Assembly (NCBI RefSeq): GCF_001194135.2 | Contig: NC_068986.1 | Coordinates: 40,628,184 to 40,692,183 of the forward strand | DNA length: 64,000 bases | From: Octopus bimaculoides | Taxonomy: Eukaryota | Direction of reading: 5' to 3' | Shown: positions 54,861-64,000 of the stretch, piece by piece | Layout: each line of letters begins with the position of its first letter | Position numbering within the stretch: position 1 is the stretch's first letter | Position numbers and translations under genes: made by a program | Notes under the pieces: model-generated | The model's database searches: none | Seen by the model: only the letters and a program-made list of their open reading frames with translations | Told to the model about the DNA's origin: nothing

Positions 54861-56000
54861 AGAAAACAAATATATGAATTAATGTAGACTTACCTTGCAT
54901 TCAGTATTTCGGGGTTATGACCCCATCCTCAAGAAATTATTGAATATTGCAGATGTACATGTGTGTGAGTGTGTGTGTGGATTGGACATGTATGGAAAGT
55001 TGTTGCTATAGCAACCAGCTAGCTTCCTGTAATTCTCTTCTTTTGATGATGATTGGTTTCCTCTGTGTGTGTGTGTTTTACTATCTCTAGCTTTAATTTC
55101 ATGTGTTAATCATAAATGAGTGTGACTGTCATGCAAGCAGCGTCCTTCATTTCCAGACATGGAAATGTAACGGTTAGTAAGGGAAAGGGCATCCAACTGT
55201 CAAAAAAATGCACATTAAAACGATAATGATCTCAGCACTTCGTTAGCATTGAAGATGCTTGGCCGAAGTACAATGTAATGGAACTGAACACAAACCCACG
55301 TGGACTTGTAAAGTGGACTTCTTTGCCTGCAACTATTAAAATTGTTTCAAATTTTGTCTCAACCTTAGCAATTTCGAGGGTGAGGATAAGTTGATTATAT
55401 AAACCCCAGTAATTAACTGGCACCTATTTCATCAACCCCAAAATGATGGAAGGCAAAGTCAACCTCAGTGGAATCCTGCAAGTATTAGTATTTACTTATA
55501 TGAAGAATAGTGTCCAACAGCAGATTAGCTATCAGCAAGTTGAAATTCCAGTCAGGTTTCAATTCTGAGTTAGTGCAAACACTTTGTTTATATATTTTGG
55601 GAAAGATATGTGAATGAAATGGGTTCATTCATAACTTTTGACAACAAGGTGTGAATATTACAAAATCCCTTTTTCAAAAATATAGACCATTTTGATTTCT
55701 TATTTAGAACGTCTTAACTTTGATAAAAAAATGAGATGATACGAAAGTCATGCCATTCCCAGAGTCATTAAACTAATTAACAGAATATTTCCAACAGACA
55801 AATGCAATAAAGTCTTTATTGACTTTAAAACAATGTAAATCACAAGCAAATATGATATATTTTCAAAAATGCACATACAAATCATTCAAGTTATTGTAGG
55901 AAAATATAAATCCCAAAGTTGAAAAATATCAATTATCTAACAGCATAAATTTATTTTCCTTCTCCTTCTTTTCATTTTGTTCTCTATTATTCTGAGTTCC

Positions 56001-56150
56001 TTAAAATGGAGTAACTTCACTCTTGCTGCCAAAGGAAATATCTATTTCCTCAGAAATATTAATATCAATGCCAGTACAAAATGTGCCATCAGCTGCTAGG
56101 TAAAGACATGCTGTTCCAATATCGGAAGGAGTTCCCATATGACCCATAAC
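56001..56150 (-). pseudogene. HSD17B14: Decayed HSD17B14-like terminal exon
   Basis: VMGHMGTPSDIGTACLYLAADGTFCTGIDINISEEIDISFGSKSEVTPF* versus human [41 protein letters not shown]. The pyrimidine tract ends in CTG instead of CAG, and the conserved R and GG are substituted. Confidence 0.75.
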
Positions 56151-57790
56151 CAGCAAACAAAGAACACATGCACTTAATTAATGGAAGTTGTTCTTAACGA
56201 ACTGTAGTTGTTAGTTGCTAGTTAGTAGATAGAGGACAGTGGCATGAAGAAGTGCCAAACTAAGTAAAATCACTGTCTTCCACATGTCTTCCACCATCAC
56301 TGCAGGCTGGTCCTTTTAGATACTGGCACCACTTAAAAAGCAACCGTGCTGGTGCTGCGTTAACACACTTGTGCCAGTAGCATGTAAAAAGTACCCAGCA
56401 CACTTTGTTAAGTGGTTGGTGTGAGGAAGAGCATCCAGCCGTAGAAACCATGCCACAACAGACAGTTGGAGTCTGGACAGCTCCTTGCTTGCCAGTTCTA
56501 TGTCAAACTGTCCAACCCATACCAGCAATGAAAGAGGACATTAAACAATAATGATGAATTAACATTCCAACTGGACAAAAAACAGAAAGAACAGCCTAGA
56601 GTTCAGAACCGCAGTAAAAAGTCATTGAAGGTTTATGCTATTATTGGACATGTAATGTCTGTATGTATAAATGACAGCATTTAAAAAATCGAGAGATGAT
56701 TGAGTATGATAGGAATCAAATGGAGAGTAGAATCTTTTTGGTTGCTGTCACAGATTTCCTTATTTGTTCAATTTTGTTCCAGTTGTTTTAAAATTTGTTT
56801 ATACCAATTTAGTTTTGTATGCTAATTATGACAATGAAATAAATTTTGGTCATAAATTAATAAATAAAAAGTTTTAAAGTTTGCAAATTTGGGGTAATTT
56901 TAGCCCATCAAAAACCACCATTATATACACAGCTATAAATCTCACACTGGTGTTTGTTTCCATAGTAACAAGCAAAGCTGTTGTCTACCCTGTTTGCTTG
57001 TATATTTCCGAGCCTTAATTCTTTGTATCTCATTTTCATCAGTTGACTTATTTTCCAGGACCTTTTCTACAACATTACAATTCTATATCTAAATACAATA
57101 TTACCACTGCAAAATCTTGTAACCTTTCTTGTTTGATGGAGAAAATGAAGATTAAGGAGGATGTTGACAAGGGTGTTGTAGCTAAAAGCAAGTTGTGTAA
57201 AGAGAGACATTATATGAAGAAGTGCAAATATTTCACGAGACATTATTCATTAAAGCTTATTCAAACTTCTTACAACTTTCATAACATTTTGCTCTCATTT
57301 TGTTGCTGCTGTCAATCCTTTTGTGACAGACAACTATCATGCAAAAAATGCCAGCTTCTGATCCATGTTTTTTGATTGACTAAAAATGACCAAACTTTGA
57401 ACCTCTGTAAGATTTTTCTGAATTTTATCTGAGGAATAAATGAATCCTAAATTTGGATTCAGCACAAAAAAATTACATCAAGCTATCAAATTTGGAAATC
57501 AGTGACAGCAAGCAAAAAGATCTGCAGAGTACAAGAAAGAATGCACTAATACAGGCATGTGGTACATATTGATGATGACAGATATATCAAGAAAAGTTTA
57601 GTGAGTGTGGTCACTAATCTAAAAATGATCAAACTTTAAACCTCTGTAAAATTTTTCTAGAACAAGTGAATAGCTAAATCAAATTCAGCATGAAAAACTG
57701 CATCAATATACCAACTTTAAAAATGTTTACCTCATTCAAAAATTTCAAATAGTGTGGCAGCAATAGTAAAGATCAAACATATATATATAT

Positions 57791-58076
57791 ATCAAACAAT
57801 AAGCAACACGGATTTCAAAAGTGATTGCAGTACGCACGTTTCATGCTACTTCAATTTATTTAAGTAATGTGAGCATTACCTTAAATGCAATATGAAGAGC
57901 AATCTTCAGCTGCACGAAAAATGTAGAAAATGTAGATCTTCAGCTGCACGAAGATTGCTGAAGATTGCTCTTCATATTGCATTTAAGGTAATGCTCACAT
58001 TACTTAAATAAATTGAAGTAGCATGAAACGTGCATATTGCAATCACTTTTGAAATCCGTGTTGCTTATTGTTTGAT
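57791..58076. repeat. 120-bp inverted repeat (fold-back, Penelope-like terminal structure)
   Basis: Arms 57791-57910 and 57957-58076 are reverse complements with 2 mismatches. The 46-nt spacer holds a duplicated atcttcagctgcacgaa. Confidence 0.95.
57826..57914 (-). ncRNA. Type I hammerhead ribozyme motif
   Basis: UGCAG-CUGAAGA-U-[long stem II UGCUCUUCA/UGAAGUAGCA]-U-GAAA-C-GUGC-G-U-A-CUGCA. Stem I is 5 bp. Predicted GUA cleavage between 57831 and 57830. U.U at 10.1/11.1 is non-canonical. Confidence 0.7.
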
Positions 58077-58504
58077 TTTTAATCACCCATCCTTTTGGGA
58101 TGCGATATTCGGGTGCCTTCGCATAAGTACCATATTCAAACCTTGAATATATATATATATATATATATATATGGTGGTGGCTTTTCTTTACCAACAGTAA
58201 AGATCAAATATATACATATAAGAAAAGCCACCACCTGCGACACTAATCCCATCAGGTTAGCCCCTTTCTTGAACGTGAAATTTGAATATATATATAACAC
58301 ACAAACTCCACACACCACGACAAACAACCTCAGTACACAAGCATATGAACATCACACCCAGAACGTATTATAAGATAATGCAAACATACAAATTTACCAC
58401 ATGACTGTTTGCCCAATAGTCAAATCCAAAGGATAATGCAAACAAATTTACCACATAACTATTTGCTCAAAAGTCAACTCCAAGGGAGATAATCACTCAA
58501 AAGC

Positions 58505-58916
58505 TGTCATGCAAGAATAGCGTTCCTTGGACCGATTATTTTCTTATAAATAGGTCCCTTGTCTACGCTAAAGTTTGTTTTCGGCTTTAGACCTTCTGAG
58601 GTCTAGCCGCTGACTGCAGAGCACCAGTCAGTTCCAGCGACGACACACCACCATTCAACACCTTGCTGTAAACTCCATCTTCGACGCCACTATCAGCTTC
58701 TTCGTCGCCAGCATCTACTCAACGTACACATCGCCAACAGCTCCTGCACTGGTTCTCTCAATACTGTTTGTGTGAATTGCCTCACCATAAAGAACAGCGA
58801 GTACAACCTGCGAGACCACCTGTAACAAATAACCGGTCGCAGCATCGTAGCCTCAACTTCTCAGGCGACAGTATCTTTTCTCTGGTTCTACTACAAACTG
58901 GTGACCCCGACGTGAT
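58505..58916 (+). mobile_element. 5' LTR (TG...CA, 58505-58895) with tRNA-Trp primer-binding site
   Basis: TGGTGACCCCGACGTGAT at 58899-58916 is the 18-nt complement of the tRNA-Trp 3' end including CCA, 3 nt after ...CTACA. A TATA-like ttataaat lies inside the LTR. Confidence 0.85.
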
Positions 58917-59097
58917 CACGTGGTCGTGCCCGATGTCATCTGTTCACGCAGCCCGACGTTCACACNNNNNNNNNNNNNNNNNNNNNNNNNNNNNNNNNNN
59001 NNNNNNNNNNNNNNNNNNNNNNNNNNNNNNNNNNNNNNNNNTTTTTGTCGCTACAGTTATTTCCTGTATCGTCTGTTTTGTCTTGCACAAAATGACT

Positions 59098-59344
59098 GGT
59101 GGGGGGGGGCTCTGTAGAGAAGCTTCTCTCTCAGTTATATATATGTGAATGCGGACGTAGCAGATAACATCTAGCTTTCGGCCGCATCTTTGGACCCTGT
59201 TGTGTCCACCACTCTGATTGGTTGGTATTGGCGCATTTTTGCATCTTCAACACCTTGCTGCAAACTCCATCTTCGACGCCGACAGTGCGATGCGCTAAAG
59301 GAGCCGTTCCTTCGTCACCATCTCCTGGTCGCACGGTCGCTACA
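59098..59344 (+). mobile_element. Polypurine tract and 3' LTR (59113-59344)
   Basis: GGTGGGGGGGGG followed by TGTAGA...GCTACA. Shares a 35-nt box with the upstream LTR. Confidence 0.75.
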
Positions 59345-61305
59345 CATTGTTTGCTATTGATTTGCATGTATGTATGAGTGTACGTATAAAAAGTACCTAA
59401 AATTGTTAGTACATGACTATATTCATTCAATTTACAAATATTAGTTTCAAATTTTGGAACAAGGCTAGCAAGTTCAAGGGAGAGGATATATCAGTTGCAT
59501 TGACTCCAGTGCTTAACTGGTACTTATTTTATCGATTTCAAAAGGAATAAAATACAAAGTTGACCTTGGCAGAATATGAACTCAGAATGTAAAGACGGAC
59601 GAAATGCTACTAAACGTTTTGCCCGGCATGCTAATGATTCTGCCAGTTCACCACCTTAACTTCAACTTAGAAATATTATCTACATGAAAAACATTACTCA
59701 GGCATCAGTAATTCTCAGTCACTACTCAGCGAAGGAGCATCTCCATGATTGCTCAATCTGCTAGAAATATCAGTCAAATCGCCCTCAAATAACGAAAAAT
59801 GAATAATCGCCCTCATTACGAAAAAAGAATAAAATAAAAGTGACAGACACATTGCTATTGTGTGCGTATGCTTGCGCAATTGTGTGTGCACGCGTGCATG
59901 CGTGCGCGTGTGTGTGAATTTGTTTGCGGGAAACGAGATGTGAGGTGTACCTTTCATCATAACACTTTGGAATGAAGACCAGCCTTGAGCTAAACAGCAG
60001 CATCCACAACCACTACCATCAATATCATCACCATCAACTCTTTTCTGGCCTCTGCTTCACAGATCAATTTCACTGAAAATGAGATGTGAGATGAAGTCCG
60101 ACATTGCACTTGCCTTTCATCATAGCGCTGCAGAATGAAAGCCAGCCTTGTGCTCAGCAGTAGCAACCGCAACCGCAACCACCACCACTGTCATTATTAT
60201 CAACACTTTTCTGGCCTCTTCTTCAGATAAATTTTCTTACTCGTCATTCTCTATATGTACAAACTAACAATTGGGCTTGTTGGCATTGTTTCAATATTAG
60301 TAGCCTTTTACATGTCACCAGCACTGGCCACAACTACGATTTCCACGTGTCTTCTCAAGCACAGCAAATTGCCAAAGGTCTCGATCACTTGTCATTGCCT
60401 ACATGAGACTCAGCACCCGAATATCATGCTTCACCACCTCGTCCTATGTCTCCCTGGGTTTACCTCTTCCACAGGTTCTCTCCACAGTTGGAGTTCAACA
60501 CTTTTTTACGCATTTGTCCTCATCCATACGCATCACATGACCATACCAGTTCAGTCTTCTCTCTTGCACATCACATCTGATGCCTCTTATACCCAATTTT
60601 GTACATGCACACACACACACGCACACACACACACATGCATACATACACACACACACACATATATCATCATCATCATCATCATCATCGTTTAACGTCCGCT
60701 TTCCATGCTAGCATGGGTTGGACGATTTGACTGAGGACTGGTGAAACCGGATGGCAACACCAGGCTCCAGTCTAATTTGGCAGAGTTTCTACAGCTGGAT
60801 GCCCTTCCTAACGCCATCATATAAATATATATATATGCATTTATATACATACATATGTATATACGTGCACACACACACACACACACATATATACATATAC
60901 ATTCTTTTACTTGTTTCAGTCATTTGACTGTAGCCATACTAGAGCGCTGCCTTTAGTCAAATGAATCAACCCCAGGACTTATTCTTTGTAAGTCTAGTAC
61001 TTACTCTATCGGTTACTTTTACCGAACCACTAAGTTACAGGTACGTAAACACACCAACATTGGTTGTCAAGCGATGGTGGGGAGACAAACACAGACACAC
61101 AAACATATACATATAAAAATATGACGAGCTTCTTTCAGTTTCTGTCTACCAAATCCACTCACAAGATTTTGGTCAGCCCGTGACTATAGTAGAAGACACT
61201 TGCCCGAGGTGCCATGCAGTGAGACTGAACCCAGAACCATGTGGTTGGGAAGCAAGTTTCTTACCACACAGCCACTCCAGCACCATAAAAAAACAGTATT
61301 AATGC

Positions 61306-61377
61306 CTCCCCAGTAGGGAATTGAACCCTGGTCTCACGCGTGACAGGCAGGGATACTTACCACTATATTACCAATAT
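61306..61377 (-). tRNA. tRNA-Asp(GTC) pseudogene
   Basis: Minus strand TAATATAGTGGTAAGTATCCCTGCCTGTCACGCGTGAGACCAGGGTTCAATTCCCTACTGGGGAG resembles metazoan tRNA-Asp with a GTC anticodon. The 5' acceptor strand is lost, and a T-run follows downstream. Confidence 0.8.
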
Positions 61378-61460
61378 AAACATACATACATACATACATA
61401 CATGCATACACACACACACACACACAGATGTATACGCATATACATTCACATATATACATA

Positions 61461-61950
61461 TCTATATAATAATCTGCTTGTTCGTTCACCCATTAGGGAT
61501 GTGAAAGTGGTGTGAGTGAGAGGTGGCATAAATGTGAAAGTGAGAGAGGGGGGATGTGAGTAGAGAAAAAAGAAGACTGGAGTATAAGACACTAGGGCTA
61601 AATGCATCACATGTTCAGCTGAAGGGAGAGGCAATGACCGAGGGAAACGACGGTGAGAGAAAAGTGGGGCAGAAGTGTTAATGACATGTTGTAGGGTGGG
61701 GAGGGGAAGGTGAAAGGAAAGAGAACTCTGTTAGACATGGGGTGGAGAATTACATGATTAAAATGTTTGTTGAAGAGGTAGAGAGAAAGCGAGAAATATG
61801 AAGTGCTTAGCAGAGGGAAATTTTAAAATTATGTAAGACATTATTGTGACTGGAAGTGAAATAACTTGGCGAAATAAAAATCATCCTTTCTTTCTTAAAT
61901 AGTTTCTCTTAATCTTTTTTGTTCTGTGGAATTTCCACCGGTTCCACTAG
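61461..61950 (+). mobile_element. Non-autonomous Helitron
   Basis: A|TCTATATAATAA 5' end; GTGGA-att-TCCAC hairpin 12 nt before the terminal CTAG; followed by T. Confidence 0.75.
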
Positions 61951-62100
61951 TCTATATAATAACTTGTTAGTTCGTTCACCCGTTATACTTTTAGTTAGTC
62001 AGAGAGGTGGACTGAGTGAGGGAAGGAGTGAAAAAAGAAGAGAGGAAGAAGTAAAGAAAGATGGTTAATATTAGTACATTTAGTTCTGTGGCTGTTTACT
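61951..62100 (+). mobile_element. Second related Helitron 5' part, head-to-tail with the first
   Basis: Starts TCTATATAATAA...TTCGTTCACCC immediately after the CTAG. The 3' end is not resolved. Confidence 0.6.
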
Positions 62101-62170
62101 GACAACTTTTTAAGGTCAATGATCTATCAGCTGAGAAGGTACAGTGTTCGGTAAATTCCGTAAAAAATTT

Positions 62171-62632
62171 TTACTTCCGCCCTAGCGAAGGCGGAGGTAT
62201 TNNNNNNNNNNNNNNNNNNNNNNNNNNNNNNNNNNNNNNNNNNNNNNNNNNNNNNNNNNNNNNNNNNNNNNNNNNNNNNNNNNNNNNNNNNNNNNNNNNN
62301 NNNNNNNNNNNNNNNNNNNNNNNNNNNNNNNNNNNNNNNNNNNNNNNNNNNNNNNNNNNNNNNNNNNNNNNNNNNNNNNNNNNNNNNNNNNNNNNNNNNN
62401 NNNNNNNNNNNNNNNNNNNNNNNNNNNAATCCGGTACCGGACAAGGATTCTGGATTGTTTTTCCTGTTTTTTTTTTGTTTTTTTTTACTTAATTTCTGAG
62501 AGCGGTCGGGTTCATTTTTAGTATTCTCGTTTGTGAGATTATTTCAGATATTCTCATTTTAAAACTCATCTCTGGATAATCGTTGAGAGGACGTTGGTGT
62601 TGCCTTGGCGGAGGTCTGCGCCCTCTGAGTGA
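62171..62632 (+). mobile_element. Helentron/HINE-like non-autonomous element spanning an N gap
   Basis: 5' hairpin tacttccgcc-ctagcgaa-ggcggaggta and 3' ccttggcggaggtctgcgccctctgagtg, the subterminal IR pattern typical of this class as recalled. Confidence 0.6.
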
Positions 62633-63566
62633 GGGACATGTGTATGTGTTAAGGTGTGTGCGCGAGACAGAAAGTGTGTTGTGTGTATGTAGGATAGAGA
62701 GAGAGGTAGGGAGAGAGAAAGAGGGGAGAGAGAGAGAGGAGGAGAGAAGATGTGTTGCTTTGTATTTATATATGTATGTGTATATGGCAGATAATGGGTG
62801 TACGTATGTTTGTGTGCGTGTGTGACTGATCCAAGCCATTTTACACATACATGGCAATACCCCTCTCTCTCTCTCTCTCTCTCNNNNNNNNNNNNNNNNN
62901 NNNNNNNNNNNNNNNNNNNNNNNNNNNNNNNNNNNNNNNNNNNNNNNNNNNNNNNNNNNNNNNNNNNNNNNNNNNNNNNNNNNAAAGCAAGCGATGAGAA
63001 GTTTGTAAGTTATTTGTAATATCTGTTCTTTATCACAGGTCATTACAAGAAGTACTATTTAACTTTGCATGAACAAAACACTCCCACCTTAGTAGAGTGT
63101 TATCAATAGTCATTCCACTTCTGAGGCATGGAGGTGGTGCTTAACGCACCAACCTCATCAAAGCTTGTTTAACTGATCTAACAGTCATAATGATCATTTC
63201 TAAACTCAATGGTTCAGTTCGAAAACTGGGAAAACATTGGTCAGCTTGGGATAATACTAGAATACATTTGCCCAAGATGTCACTGAGTGGGACTGAACTC
63301 AAAACTCCATAATTGTGAAGTGAATAACCCCACAGCCCAATTATAAGGTTCCACATCACTTGTATAAACAATCAATCATATGTTATGAAATCTCTAGTTT
63401 TGTTTGGGTTTCCATCCTAGAAATATCTGTATACTCCCTGAAGGCTTTTATTTAATTGAAACAAGTCAAATTGGAAATAATTACTCGAATGATTAACCAT
63501 TTTCTGTTATTTAAGTTAGAATGATATTGTCATAACTTTTTATTTTATTTTTTATTTTCCTTGCAG

Positions 63567-63605
63567 TGAAGAATGGTGCAAAAGTTGCCTTTTGTGACAT
63601 CCTTG
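63567..63605 (+). CDS. HSD17B14: HSD17B14-like short-chain dehydrogenase, internal 39-nt exon
   Basis: Strong ttttccttgcAG acceptor and GTatga donor, phase 1/1. xKNGAKVAFCDIL aligns with human HSD17B14 VNSGARVVICDKD, which I recall is also a 39-nt exon 2. The preceding TGGxxGIG exon was not found. Confidence 0.65.
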
Positions 63606-63656
63606 GTATGAGACTTAACTTTTTCTATCCAGAACGTTTTTCAACACAATATTTAC

Positions 63657-63882
63657 AGGCGGCGAGCTGGCAGAAACGTTAGCACACCGGGCAAAATGCT
63701 TAGCGGTATTTCGTCTGTCTTTACGTTCTGAGTTCAAATTCCGCCGAGGTCGACTTTGTCTTTCATCTTCTCGGGTCGATAAATTAAGTACCAGTTGCGT
63801 ACTGGGGTCGATCTAATCGACTGCCCCCACCCCGACAAAAAAAAAATTTCGGGCCTTGTGATTAGAATAGAAAAGAATATTT
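63657..63882 (+). mobile_element. Abundant SINE family (ggcgagctggcagaaacgttagc...); other copies at about 4343, 4550, 13093, 28544, 33415(-), 42066, 48645, 59440(-)
   Basis: Recurring gagttcaaattccgccgaggtcgactttg...aagtaccagtt...gtaatcgact core. Confidence 0.85.
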
Positions 63883-64000
63883 ACATATCAATATCTATAA
63901 AAGAGAGGATGTTTGTGTGTGTGTGAACGTGAATGTGGTTTATGCACGTCCACAAATTAGCACGCATGTCGCTCCAATTTTAGGAGAAGATTCGGAATGA

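Noticed and set aside
60731-60750. CTGAGGA...GAAAC in the RTE LINE 3' UTR as a hammerhead
   Set aside because: Only 5 nt separate the motifs, so stem II cannot form, and stems I and III are absent.

Overview
Eukaryotic, AT-rich, repeat-dense genomic DNA with many N gaps. The repeat content ((CAT)n-tailed RTE LINEs, tRNA-derived SINEs) points to an Octopus assembly; this is an inference. The left half (833-35154, + strand) holds the last 19 coding exons of an LRP4 orthologue. They splice through GT-AG introns into one uninterrupted 2712-nt frame (903 aa + stop) covering the end of YWTD propeller 2, EGF, propeller 3, EGF, propeller 4, EGF, stalk, TM and an NPSY tail. The right half is mostly transposon-derived: a zinc-knuckle ORF relic, RTE LINEs, a 5' LTR with a tRNA-Trp PBS next to a non-matching 3' LTR, tandem Helitrons, a Helentron-like element and a tRNA-Asp pseudogene. 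It also has two pieces of a HSD17B14-like short-chain dehydrogenase: an intact 39-nt exon on + (63567-63605) and a decayed terminal exon on - (56001-56150). The least expected signal is a set of hammerhead-ribozyme cores inside fold-back repeats. One type I hammerhead with all catalytic core bases sits in a 120-bp palindrome (57826-57914, -), and a minimal one lies in sense inside an LRP4 intron (15756-15799). No CRISPR array or rRNA was seen, and most of the supplied ORF track is microsatellite or gap artefact.
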